A stretch of DNA of 64,000 nt from Candidatus Bathyarchaeota archaeon (GTDB lineage: Archaea; Thermoproteota; Bathyarchaeia; Bathyarchaeales; Bathycorpusculaceae): the NCBI GenBank assembly GCA_963770935.1, contig CAVYRJ010000004.1:64001-128000 (forward strand), given 5' to 3'. Each line of letters begins with the position of its first letter. The stretch's first letter is position 1. Position numbers and translations under genes: made by a program. The notes beneath the pieces are model-generated. The model saw only the letters and a list, made by a program, of their open reading frames with translations. It did no database searches and had not been told where the DNA came from. Positions 1 to 10,399 of this stretch are shown piece by piece.

Positions 1-2
1 AT

Positions 3-980
3 GATGTTACCTTGTTTACTTCAAAATTTCCAGACTCCAAAAACGAAGAAACAGTTGATGGCGTTAAAATCGTCAGGGCAGGCGGACGATTTACGGTTTA
101 TCGCCAAGCGAAACGATTCTATTCGAAGAATTTTAGAAAAGAAAGATTCGACATTATTATCGATGAAATTAATACTCAACCCTTTTTTGCTCCAAAGTTT
201 GCAAAAAACGGTGAGAAGGTTATCGCTTTGATTCATCAGTTAGCAAGGGAATTCTGGTTTTTTGAAACTCCCTTTCCAGTTAGTTACGTAGGTTATCATT
301 TTCTTGAGAATCGCTGGTTAAAACAATACATTAACGTGCCTACAATAACTGTTTCTGAGAGTACGCGTAGCGATTTGTTAAAATTAGGTTTTAAGCATGT
401 TTCGGTTGTACCTGAGGGTCTGAATTTTGAGCCATTGAATATTTTATCCGAAAAAGATTCTAATCCAATTGTGGTTTTCTCAGGTCGTTTGAAGCGTGCT
501 AAGCGACCCGACCATGCGATTAAAGCTTTTGCAATCTTGAAGGAGAAGGTTCCAAATGCACAGTTATGGGTTTTTGGAGACGGTCCATTTAGGAAAAATC
601 TTGAAGGAATCTCTAGTGAAGGGGTCCATTTTTTTGGAAGCTTGAGTAGTTTACAGCGAAGAGAGTTGTTAAGTAAAAGTTGGATCTTGATTGTTCCCGG
701 GTTACGTGAGGGTTGGGGATTAAACATTATTGAAGCTAACGCTTTAGGGGTGGCTGCAGTTGCGTATGATGTTCCTGGGTTATGCGATAGCGTTAGAAAT
801 AATGAAACAGGACTGCTGGCGGAAGGCGGCAACATCAAGGATCTTGCAGAAAAAACTCTTAGTGTAATAACCAATAATCTGCTAAGGAAAAAGCTTAGCC
901 TAAATGCGCTAAATTACTCTAAACAATTTAGCTGGGACAAAACAGCTGACGAATTCATGAAGCTGATAACTAATGAATGA
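3..980 (+). CDS. Glycosyltransferase family 4 (GT-B), 5'-truncated by window edge
   Basis: Frame is open from base 3 (DVTLFTSKF...). It has SGRLKRAKRP and the GT4 signature EGWGLNIIEANALG. Confidence 0.9.
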   Translation, partial: DVTLFTSKFPDSKNEETVDGVKIVRAGGRFTVYRQAKRFYSKNFRKERFDIIIDEINTQPFFAPKFAKNGEKVIALIHQLAREFWFFETPFPVSYVGYHFLENRWLKQYINVPTITVSESTRSDLLKLGFKHVSVVPEGLNFEPLNILSEKDSNPIVVFSGRLKRAKRPDHAIKAFAILKEKVPNAQLWVFGDGPFRKNLEGISSEGVHFFGSLSSLQRRELLSKSWILIVPGLREGWGLNIIEANALGVAAVAYDVPGLCDSVRNNETGLLAEGGNIKDLAEKTLSVITNNLLRKKLSLNALNYSKQFSWDKTADEFMKLITNE

Positions 981-2013
981 CACTCCATTGGTTTTTGTTA
1001 TTGTAATAAATTACAATGGCCTAAAATACCTAAAGACCTGTCTGTCGTCCCTTGACCAACAAACATATCCCAACTATAAAATAATAGTTTTTGACAATGC
1101 TTCAACCGACAACTCAGCAGAATTTATTAAACAAAATTTTCCCAAAATAAAACTTATCCAAGCCAAAAGTAATCTTGGCTTTGCCGAAGGAAACAATTTA
1201 GCAATAAAGTTTGCCCTTAATCAAAATGCTGAATATGTTTTTTTAGTTAATAATGACACGGACGCCGAAGATGACTTGATTGAGAAGTTGATTGTTACCT
1301 GTAAAAGTGATGAATCCATTGGCATTGCGGGTCCAGCAGTATTTGACCTTAAAAATAGACGCTCAATACAAGAAATGGGAATGTCTATAGATAGATTTGG
1401 GTATGCTTTTGCACTAAAAAATAAGCAAGATGTTTCATTTACCTTTTTTGTTTCAGGCTGCGCAATGATGATAAAGTCAGAATTAATAAGAACAATAGGC
1501 TCATTTGATGAAAAATATTTCATGTTTGCAGAAGACTTGGATCTTTGTTGGCGGGCACAGCTTGCAGGGCATAAAATAGCGGTAAATGATCATGCTAAAA
1601 TTTTTCATGCAAGTGGCGGCAGTATTTCAGGGGGCGTCGTTAAGGAGTTAAGCTACAAAACTAGCGTCCAAAGAATTTTTTTAAGGGAAAAAAACACATT
1701 AAGAACTCTAATTAAAAACTACGGCACATTTAATATGATTAAAACTGTTCCTTTTTATGTTTCCTTGGTTTTGTTTGAATCTATTTTTTGGGTTTCCGTT
1801 CTTAAACCTATTACTTCAAAAAATATTTTGAAGGCGATTTTTTGGAATATCAAGGTTCTTCCAGATACCTTTAAGCAAAGAGCCCGTGTCCAAAGCATCC
1901 GCCGAATAGATGATCGTGAAATCACTAAAAAAATGGTCAGTGGCTATTACAAATTAAGCATTTTCCGAACTATAGGCGTTCCAGATTTCACTGTTTCCCA
2001 GAATCAACCGTAA
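973..2013 (+). CDS. Glycosyltransferase family 2 (rhamnosyltransferase-like)
   Basis: VIVINYNG, VFDNASTDNS, NLGFAEGNN, LVNNDT and FAEDLDLCWR are GT2 motifs. Confidence 0.9.
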   Translation: MNDTPLVFVIVINYNGLKYLKTCLSSLDQQTYPNYKIIVFDNASTDNSAEFIKQNFPKIKLIQAKSNLGFAEGNNLAIKFALNQNAEYVFLVNNDTDAEDDLIEKLIVTCKSDESIGIAGPAVFDLKNRRSIQEMGMSIDRFGYAFALKNKQDVSFTFFVSGCAMMIKSELIRTIGSFDEKYFMFAEDLDLCWRAQLAGHKIAVNDHAKIFHASGGSISGGVVKELSYKTSVQRIFLREKNTLRTLIKNYGTFNMIKTVPFYVSLVLFESIFWVSVLKPITSKNILKAIFWNIKVLPDTFKQRARVQSIRRIDDREITKKMVSGYYKLSIFRTIGVPDFTVSQNQP

Positions 2014-2120
2014 GAATTTTGCAGATATTCTAAGGTTTCTTCTTCTTAATGCAAAACACGATGTTCTTATATAGATTACACGCATAAAACTGGATAAGAT
2101 TCCCCGAAAGGTTCTTGATG

Positions 2121-4846
2121 ATGAAAAAGCTTACTGCCATTAGGAATAGTCATACTGTTCTTCGCAGGCTTAGTTCCGCTTTTATGGTTAAAACCTGATT
2201 TCATTATCAGCAATGGAGACAATATTCCACCATCCCTGAACGCTGATAAAACTTTCAGTTCTTCAGCAAGCATGTGGTCGCCTGATTACCTTGGATACGC
2301 CAGTCCCGATCCTGCTTATCTTCTAAACACTTATTTCGCCGCTTTTCTAGGGAATTTGGGAATAAGTGTGGGTTATGTTCAGATATTATTCCAAATATTG
2401 CTGTACATGGGCGCCGGCTTTGCAATGTATTTCTTCTCAAAAACAATATATTCAGACAACAAAATCGCCCCGTTTTTTGCCGCCTTCTTCTACATGTTCA
2501 ATTTTTTTATTTTAAACAGCAGGTTCAACCTCGGGTTTGCATGGCTTTACACTTTTCTTCCGTTTCTTTTAGCCTTATTTGTCAGAATTGTAAATGCATC
2601 TTACAGGCAGGATAAGAAATCAGCAAACGTAGGAGTAATTTTTTTTGCATTTGTATCGGTTGTGGCATTATCTGTGGCAAGCATTAACCCAGCAAATATT
2701 GCATTGTTTCTTTTTGCTTTGACAGTTTTTGCCGTTTACTTTCTAATTAAGCACAGAAAAAACTTGCTGCCTTTCCTATTTGCAGTAGGCAAAATAATAG
2801 CAGTCACAATCCCAATAAACATCTGGTGGATGTACCCAATGCTGAACACCTTCTTTTTTTCTCCTGCAGGACTAAATTCCCAAGTAAACGTTGCCTCTTG
2901 GAGTTGGACGCATGAGCGGGCATCTTTTTTGAACTTGTTCTGGTTTAATGGAACTTGGGGTTGGTTACCTGAGTATGTGCAGCAATGGATTATTGACTAT
3001 TACAATTATCCTGTCATTGCAGTATTGATGTTTGTTCCCTTTATTACCGCAGCAGTTGCATTGCTCTTTAAAAGTAACAAGTCGCGTTTCAACGCTTACA
3101 TCATGGCTTGTATTCTTATCTTTATTTTCTTAGCAACAGGTTTGCATGACCCTATTGCCCAACTCGTCAATTCACAACTCTATCAGCATATTCCTTTAAT
3201 GAGCATGTTTAGAGAACCTGCCTCCAAGTTCACTCTACTGGCTATTCCTTTTTTGGCTCTACTCATCGGATATGCTGCTGACAAAATAGCGAACATTAAA
3301 TTAAACGTAAGTCCCAAAAACTTAAAGTTGGCTAAAATTTTCGTTTTATTATTCTTAGCCTCCAGTTTTATAGTCTCTTCTATACCCATTTTTACACCAA
3401 GTTCTTTGGGCGGGTTTGTGGGCACGTCTTCATATGTCCAAATTCCTCAATACTGGTTTCAAGCATCAAACTGGATAAACAATCAACCTGGTGACTGGAA
3501 GATTCTTTTAATGCCACTCAACGACTTCTACCAAATGAATTATTCATGGGGATATTACGGGTCAGATCAGTTGCTTGAGAGGTTTTTTGAAAAACCAATA
3601 GTTTCAACAGCTGCTCTAAATGGGTATATAACCAATGACAATACGTCCAAGGATTTGATGCAAATACGAACCGCAGTAAAATCCAGTAACGTGGATGAAT
3701 TCAAGGCTTTGCTTGATTTATTAAGCATAAAATACATAGTACAGCGAAATGATGTCGTAACCGACATCTACGACACCAACCACGTTCTAGTTTCACTTCA
3801 AGCTGGAAGGAACCTGAAGACTCCCCTTGAGATGCAAACTTTCTTTGCTGAACAATCCAACTACCTTAAACTGGTTAAAAGCTTTGGTCAACTAGACATC
3901 TTATGAGTACACACAAGCTAAGCCTTCGATATATGCCCTATTAACTTCAACGCTGGAGCAGACAGACATTCAAATTTATGAGCGTACTAGCATTAACAAG
4001 ACAATGGATTTTTCAGTCCAAAACGATATTGAAAGTTGGAACTGGATTGCTCCCAGCAAGTCTCAAGCTACCTGTCAAATAAGCCAAAACAATGGTTCGT
4101 TGGAAGCCGAAATGAGGGCTTCACCAAACGCCTCAATAAGAATTGATTCACCCCTGATACAAGTCGAAAACCAAAGCAGGTATGTAATTAAAGCCGAAAT
4201 CTCCGCCAATAACGTTGACCGAGTTGAGTTCAAAATTGCTGAGTACTCGCAAGACAGAACTCTATTGAAAAATTGGTCTTTAGCTCAGAAAGACGATGGA
4301 AATTTTACGTCCTACGATTTAATATCTGAATTTGAACCTCGGACGGAAAATACGAAATATTTGAATATCCAAATATGGAACGATTTTTGGCATGAAACTA
4401 CCCAAGGCAATCTTACGGTGGATAGTCTCAGCGTTACCGGCACCGTTTTTACTTTAAATTCAACAGGACTTGAAAAACTATACGCAAATAGCCCCAATAA
4501 CCCAACGATTTCTAGAATCCAAAACTTAAGCCCCACCAAAATGGTTGTTTCAGTGAATGCAACTCAACCTTTTATTCTCGTAACAGGTCAAGTCCTTGAT
4601 CGATTTTGGGTTGCTTACGTGAATGGTCAGAAAGTCAGCCCCACACCCGTTTACCTAGGCTTGAAGGGTTTCATGCTTAATCAGACTGGACAATTCGATG
4701 TGACTATTGAATATGAGCCTCAGATTGAGTTTAATTATCTCTTAGCATTATCCGGAGCAACTCTGTTAATCTTATGTGTAGGGTTAGTTTATCTAAATAG
4801 GAAATCGGTTAAGGGGCTTATTAAAAAGAAACAAACAAAAGTTTGA
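2121..4846 (+). CDS. Large polytopic GT-C-like membrane protein (AftD/YfhO-like) with extracellular carbohydrate-binding-like domain and C-terminal TM; split by indels
   Basis: ORFs 2272-3906 and 4004-4846 join if one T is removed at ~3901 (LDI-YEYTQAKPSIY...KTMDF, frame open 3902-4004). The upstream in-frame hydrophobic segment LLPLGIVILFFAGLVPLLW from 2131 implies a start near 2121. About 12 TM segments, FREPASKF motif, YfhO-like C-terminus (FILVTGQVLDRFWVAYVNG). Confidence 0.65.
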
Positions 4847-4858
4847 GATGTAGAAATA

Positions 4859-6031
4859 ATGGGAGTATCTGAAAAATTCTTAGAATTCTTCAAGAAATCT
4901 TCTCACCGTTTCCCAAGGAGACTGTTTCGATTAGCTAATGAGAGCTTTGAAGTTACACGTGGGTACATCTCATCGATCAATTCCAACTCAAAGGTTATTA
5001 AAAAAACCCAAAGACAACTATTGCAGAAAAATTTTGCTCGAAACACAAAAGGCCTGATTATTTTTTTGACCCCGGGAATTGATATGGTTAATGGCGGTAT
5101 CCTCTCCATTACATCACTTTTTGAAGAGACCAAACGCCTCAATTTTCTGCACGGTTCAGAGGTTATTCTTTGTACGTATCCAAGTGATCCTCAATTACTG
5201 AAATATACAAAATTTAAAAATAACAATACTTTATACAATTTTTCCGATGTGTTTCGTTTTTTTAGTAATATTGATAATTTGATAATCCATATTCCTGAAC
5301 ATTTTATTTATCGTTTTTACTGGTTCATCTCTAAAACAGATAGGGCGATTTTAAGCAAGATTAAAAATGTGCAAATCAATATCATGATTCAAAACATTGA
5401 TTATTTACCCTCAAACAGGACCATTATGAAGCTACAAAAATTAGGAAAATTGACCAGTACAACAGCTCACTCCAAATATTCTACAATAGAACTGAAAAAC
5501 AGGCTCGGTTTTCCTTTGCATAAATTGTCAGTTTATGTTAGTCCAGAACAATATTATTTTAGAAAATTTCGTGAAAAAGAAAACTTGATGATTGTTTCAC
5601 CTGATCGGCATCCCAGAAAAATAGAAATTTTAAAATTAATTGAAAAAGAACTGCCGCTTCTAAAAATCAAGATTATCAAAAATCTGACTTATGAGGAGTA
5701 TAAAGAAACTATTTCAAGAGCAAAATGGGCTTTAACTTTCGGCGAAGGCTTAGACGGCTACTTTGTTGAAACAATCTTTAGCGGGGGAATTGGCTTTAGC
5801 GTTTATAATGCAAAATACTTTACGAAGGATTTTGGATCACTGCGTACAGTTTACGGGAGCTACGAGATTTTGATTCAGAACTTATGCAAAGATATTTTGG
5901 AACTTGACGATGAAAAAGCTTATGCCGATTACCAAAACAGACAGTTTGAGCTTTGCAGCAAACGTTACGATTACAGGAATTACCTAAAAAACCTGGAAGC
6001 TTTCTACAAAGGAGAATACACCTACAAATAG
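4859..6031 (+). CDS. Probable glycosyltransferase-like protein of unknown family
   Basis: Soluble basic 390-aa ORF inside the glycan locus. NGGILSI near the N-terminus and FGEGLDGYFVE resemble GT-B motifs. Confidence 0.5.
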   Translation: MGVSEKFLEFFKKSSHRFPRRLFRLANESFEVTRGYISSINSNSKVIKKTQRQLLQKNFARNTKGLIIFLTPGIDMVNGGILSITSLFEETKRLNFLHGSEVILCTYPSDPQLLKYTKFKNNNTLYNFSDVFRFFSNIDNLIIHIPEHFIYRFYWFISKTDRAILSKIKNVQINIMIQNIDYLPSNRTIMKLQKLGKLTSTTAHSKYSTIELKNRLGFPLHKLSVYVSPEQYYFRKFREKENLMIVSPDRHPRKIEILKLIEKELPLLKIKIIKNLTYEEYKETISRAKWALTFGEGLDGYFVETIFSGGIGFSVYNAKYFTKDFGSLRTVYGSYEILIQNLCKDILELDDEKAYADYQNRQFELCSKRYDYRNYLKNLEAFYKGEYTYK

Positions 6032-6105
6032 CTCGGTAAGCTAATAGGTAAAATTATAAGCAGAAACCTCACAGTAGCAAACGCAGTCTTCATGAAGGTT
6101 GAAAA

Positions 6106-6767
6106 ATGGCTAAAGAAACTTATATTATAGGTGCAGGCGGGTTTGCCAGAGAAACCCTTGACATATACATCGATTTAGGCAGAGAAACAGATGTTCTTGG
6201 GTTTCTGGAAGAAAATTGTCAAAATGACGGATCCATTTTAAACGGGAAGCCAGTTCATGATATATCTTATCTTAATCAAATTAATGGACAAAACAAACCT
6301 TTGGTTAATTGGTGCCATTGGATCAACTAAACGGAAAGAATCTTTTGATGAAACTTGAAAAAGAAGGATACTGCTTTGATACTTTAATTCATCCAAGCGC
6401 AATTAGGTCAAGATGGGTGACGGTTGGGGCAGGTTCTATTGTTACCCCTGGTGTAATTATGACTTGCCAAATCGACATCGGTCGGCATGTAATACTTAAT
6501 TTGGGAACCCAAATAGGTCATGATGTCAGAATAGGTGATTATTCTACACTTTCTCCGGGAGTAGAGGTAATGGGTCATGTCAATTTGGGGGATGAAGTTT
6601 ATGTTGGTACAAATGCTACCATAATTGACCGAATAAAGGTTGGAAACGGAGCAATTATTGCTGCAGGTGCTGTTGTTACAAAAGATGTTCCAGAAATGTC
6701 GCTTGTTGCTGGAGTTCCAGCTGTGGTGAAAAAAGTGTACAAGTCGCGGGAAGAAAAGCCGTGGTGA
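6106..6767 (+). CDS. Sugar N-acyltransferase, NeuD/PglD/VioB-like left-handed beta-helix family; split by two +1 indels
   Basis: IIGAGGFARE N-terminus. Removing one base at ~6306 and one at ~6336 restores VIGAIGSTKRKNLLMKL. IHPSA, IGHD, hexapeptide repeats and GAVVTKDVP..SLVAGVPA follow. Confidence 0.85.
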
Positions 6768-6772
6768 AGAGA

Positions 6773-7636
6773 ATGGAAATCAAAAAAGTGGCTGTTTTGG
6801 GCGCTGGACAAATGGGATTGAGTATTGCCCAAATTGCTGCGCAGGTAGCCGAATGTGAAGTTTATTTGTATGACATAAAAAAAGATGCCTTAAAAAACGC
6901 TATAGTTACGATAAAGAGAAACCTCCAAACATGCGTAGATAAAGGGAAAATGACTGCTGCAGAATTCAATAAAGTGACAGCTAAGATTCACCCCGTCTTT
7001 GACCTCGAAGCGGCCGTGAAGGTTGCTGAGCTAATCATTGAAGCCGTACCTGAAAATCTCGAAATAAAAAAGGCAGTATTATCCCAAACAGATAGAACCT
7101 CTAAACCAGAGGCTTTCATAGTTTCAAATACATCTTCAATAAGCATCTCTGAATTGGCATCTTCAACAAAGCGGCCTGAAAAATTTGCAGGTATGCACTT
7201 CTTTAATCCTGCTCAAGTCATAAAGCTCGTTGAAGTTGTTAGGGGTGAAAAAACCTCTGACGAGACAGTAGAGGTTATTGTTAGTGCCGCGAAGAAAATG
7301 GGTAAAGATCCTGTGATAATTAGAAAAGACTCTTCTGGTTTTGTGGTTAACCGTATTATCATTTTAGCTCTCAACGAGGCTGCTTCTCTAGTTTGGGAGG
7401 GAGTTGCTAGTCCCGAAGAAGTTGACAAAGCAATCAAGTTAGGCTTGAACTGGCCGATGGGTCCTTTGGCTTTAATTGATTTCATTGGAGTTGACACTGT
7501 TTTATCTATCTGTGAAGTATTGCAGAAAAATCTTGGACCAAAATATTCTCCGTGTCCAATTTTGGCGACAATGGTCAAGAAAGGCACTTTGGGCTGCAAA
7601 ACTGGGAAGGGTTTCTATGATTGGACAAGTCAATGA
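6773..7636 (+). CDS. hbd: 3-hydroxybutyryl-CoA / 3-hydroxyacyl-CoA dehydrogenase
   Basis: VAVLGAGQMG Rossmann fold, IEAVPENLEIK, SNTSSISI, catalytic GMHFFNP, GFVVNRI, PMGPL, GKGFY. Alternative GTG start at 6761. Confidence 0.92.
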   Translation: MEIKKVAVLGAGQMGLSIAQIAAQVAECEVYLYDIKKDALKNAIVTIKRNLQTCVDKGKMTAAEFNKVTAKIHPVFDLEAAVKVAELIIEAVPENLEIKKAVLSQTDRTSKPEAFIVSNTSSISISELASSTKRPEKFAGMHFFNPAQVIKLVEVVRGEKTSDETVEVIVSAAKKMGKDPVIIRKDSSGFVVNRIIILALNEAASLVWEGVASPEEVDKAIKLGLNWPMGPLALIDFIGVDTVLSICEVLQKNLGPKYSPCPILATMVKKGTLGCKTGKGFYDWTSQ

Positions 7637-7688
7637 TTAAATAGATTTTTAAAGATGTTGTGTCAAAAAGAAGTGAGCGATTTGCAGC

Positions 7689-8795
7689 ATGATAACAGTT
7701 ACTAAAGCGGACCTTCCTCCTATTGAGAAATACTTTGAGTATTTGAGAAAAATCTGGGCTAATCATTGGTTGACAAACGACGGCGAATTTGTGCAGTTGC
7801 TTGGTCAGCGAATAGAAGAATATCTTGGTGTTAAGAACTTGGTTTTGCTTTCTAATGGTACTGTTGCGCTTCAGTTAGCATTAAGGGCGCTTAAACTTAA
7901 AGGCGAGGTAATCACGACGCCTTTTACGTTTGCTGCAACCACTAATGTTCTGCTTTGGGAAGGTCTAACTCCAGTTTTTGCAGATATAGACTCTGAAACA
8001 TATAATATCGATCCTCGTAAAGTAGAAGAAAAAATAACTGATAAAACAAGTGCCATACTTGCAGTTCATGTTTATGGTAACCCATGCTACATGAACGAAC
8101 TCCAAAGTATTGCAGAAAGGCATAATCTTAAGATTATTTATGACGCTGCTCATGCATTCGGCGTACAGTTTGAGGGGTATCCCGTCACATGTTTTGGCGA
8201 TTTATCTACACTCAGTTTTCATGCGACAAAAGTTTTTAACACAATTGAAGGTGGAGCGGTTGTTGCCAATGACGACAGGATTGTTGAGATTCTGAAATTA
8301 ATGAGGAACCATGGGATTAAGTCGGAGACTGAGGTTGTTCTTCCAGGAACTAATGCTAAAATGAATGAATTCCAGGCTGCTATGGGATTATGCAATCTTG
8401 ATTTCGTTGATGAATCAATGAGTTCAAGAAAAGTTCTTTATGACCGATATGTTGAGCGGTTATCCGGTTTGCCAATTACTTTCCAAAAAATAGTCGCATC
8501 AAAATACAATTTTAGCTATATGCCCATTTTGTTTGAATCATCTACAGAGCGGGATTCCGTTTACTCTTTCCTTATTGAAAAAGGAATAAAACCGAGAAAG
8601 TATTTCTTTCCTCTTACAGTAAATTTTGATTATTTTAAGAAAGAAGGACTTGGGTTAGTTGAGAAATATGGACTTGAAAATGCCACAAAAATCGCTGACA
8701 GGGTTTTATGTCTTCCGCTTCATCCAAGCCTTGAGGCTTCAAAGGTTGATTATATTACATCTTTGATTGAAGAAAATCATAAACTCTATTTTTAG
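7689..8795 (+). CDS. DegT/DnrJ/EryC1/StrS PLP sugar aminotransferase, VioA-like
   Basis: SNGTVALQLAL, TTPFTFAAT, VHVYGNPC, IYDAAHAFG, SFHATKVFNTIEGG and NAKMNEFQAAMGL are typical of the VioA subgroup. Confidence 0.9.
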   Translation: MITVTKADLPPIEKYFEYLRKIWANHWLTNDGEFVQLLGQRIEEYLGVKNLVLLSNGTVALQLALRALKLKGEVITTPFTFAATTNVLLWEGLTPVFADIDSETYNIDPRKVEEKITDKTSAILAVHVYGNPCYMNELQSIAERHNLKIIYDAAHAFGVQFEGYPVTCFGDLSTLSFHATKVFNTIEGGAVVANDDRIVEILKLMRNHGIKSETEVVLPGTNAKMNEFQAAMGLCNLDFVDESMSSRKVLYDRYVERLSGLPITFQKIVASKYNFSYMPILFESSTERDSVYSFLIEKGIKPRKYFFPLTVNFDYFKKEGLGLVEKYGLENATKIADRVLCLPLHPSLEASKVDYITSLIEENHKLYF

Positions 8796-8875
8796 GCATA
8801 AATCACTCAAAAGTCGAAGTTAATTGACTGTAAGTCGCTTAAGCGTAGGATTTGTATATTTTTGTTGTTCTCAAG

Positions 8876-8890
8876 GAAAGTCTTTTTAAG
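8876..8890 (+). promoter_or_regulatory. Putative archaeal BRE-TATA promoter
   Basis: GAAAGTCTTTTTAAG: purine-rich BRE followed by TTTTTAA, upstream of ORF 8946. Confidence 0.45.
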
Positions 8891-8945
8891 GCATCCAAGT
8901 GCATAGTGGAGTATTCATACGTGAGATGTCGGCGGTTTAAGCATA

Positions 8946-9308
8946 TTGCAGAATAACCCTCTAAGCCTACTTAATAGATCAGATCTGATAAAACTAAGAG
9001 TGAAAGCCATCCGCGCTGGCGTGTGGTTCAAAGCTTTACCTAGGATCGATAGAGTGCTTGTTGATTTAACGATAAAAGTAGCTGAAAACATTCGCAGTGC
9101 ATATTTAGCCAAGAGTATATTTGCTGTCGTGGGCAAGTTGGAGGGGTTATTGGAAAGCAGTGTCATGAAATCATTAAGGTTGATTGGTTGCCCGCTTGCA
9201 GAAAAAATCAGTTCTATAGCCCAAAAATTGGGCAACACTTCATCCAAGAACTGGGCGTCAGATTCATCGTTTGCGTTTTTCTTAGCTGTAATGCATACAA
9301 ATAGATGA
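8946..9308 (+). CDS. Conserved archaeal hypothetical protein, basic and helical
   Basis: 120-aa ORF with KAIRAGVWFKALPRIDRVLVDLTIKV, a pattern I recall from archaeal hypotheticals. It has an upstream TATA element and is co-directional with the locus. Confidence 0.65.
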   Translation: MQNNPLSLLNRSDLIKLRVKAIRAGVWFKALPRIDRVLVDLTIKVAENIRSAYLAKSIFAVVGKLEGLLESSVMKSLRLIGCPLAEKISSIAQKLGNTSSKNWASDSSFAFFLAVMHTNR

Positions 9309-9341
9309 CTCTATGGAATATTTAATAGGTAATTAGTTCGT

Positions 9342-10280
9342 ATGACCAAAGCTCTAGTTACTGGTGGCGCTGGATTCATTGGTAGCCATGTTGTTGACCG
9401 ATTGGTCAATGAAGGGTATGAAATTAGGATTATAGATGACTTATCTACGGGTAAATTGGACAATATTAAAGGTCATTTAAGCTCCGGCGAAGTTGAGCTG
9501 ATTAGGGGTGACATTCGTGATGCTTCTCTTGTCAAAAAAAGTCTCGAAGGCGTTACTGTTGTTATTCATTTGGCTGCATTAGTTAGTGTTCCTCTCTCTG
9601 TTGAGAATCCCAATTTAACTTTCGACATTAACCTTTTAGGAACCCTGAATTTACTTCGCTCGAGTATTCAGAAGCATATCGATCGGTTTGTGTTTATTTC
9701 CAGCTGTGCCGTTTGTGGTGAACCCGCGTCGTTGCCAGTTACCGAGGAAACGCGAACGAATCCGATTTCGCCTTATGCAGAATCAAAGCTTATCGGCGAA
9801 CGTTACTGCTTGGGCTTCAGCGAACGGCGCCTTTTGCCTTCTGTTGTGTTGCGTTTCTTCAATGTTTATGGTCCAAGGCAAGGTATGAACGAATATAGTG
9901 GAGTCATTACTCGTTTCATTGAACGATGTGGTCAGAAGTTGCCTTTGACAATCTATGGCGACGGTTTACAGACAAGAGATTTCGTTAATGTTAGAGATGT
10001 TGCAGAAGCAATTTTTGCTTCAACAAAAAGCAGCAAGGCTGAAGGCGAAGTTTTTAACATCGGTTCAGGCAAGCCTACAACTATTAACGAGCTAGCACAT
10101 GCAATTTTGGAGTTGACTGGTGTAGACTCAAAAATTAACTATGAAAAGCCTCGAGTTGGCGATATCAAAGACAGTTATGCAGACATTACCAAAGCTAAGA
10201 AGTTCTTGAGTTATGAGCCTAGAGTTTCGTTGAGAGATGGTTTACATGTTTTACTTAAAGAAAAAAAGTCTACTGTATAA
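9342..10280 (+). CDS. NAD-dependent nucleotide-sugar 4-epimerase (GalE/WbpP-like)
   Basis: LVTGGAGFIGSH, HLAALVSV, SPYAESK (YxxxK), LRFFNVYGPRQ, GDGLQTRDFV. Confidence 0.9.
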   Translation: MTKALVTGGAGFIGSHVVDRLVNEGYEIRIIDDLSTGKLDNIKGHLSSGEVELIRGDIRDASLVKKSLEGVTVVIHLAALVSVPLSVENPNLTFDINLLGTLNLLRSSIQKHIDRFVFISSCAVCGEPASLPVTEETRTNPISPYAESKLIGERYCLGFSERRLLPSVVLRFFNVYGPRQGMNEYSGVITRFIERCGQKLPLTIYGDGLQTRDFVNVRDVAEAIFASTKSSKAEGEVFNIGSGKPTTINELAHAILELTGVDSKINYEKPRVGDIKDSYADITKAKKFLSYEPRVSLRDGLHVLLKEKKSTV

Positions 10281-10399
10281 GTATGAGAACATTGGTTCTA
10301 TGAAAAGGCTAAAAGGGCCATTAGGTTGCGTAGCCTTTTTAAATTGAGTTATACACTAAACATTATGCATGTTATTGGTCGGCAAGGAAAGAAGATTTA

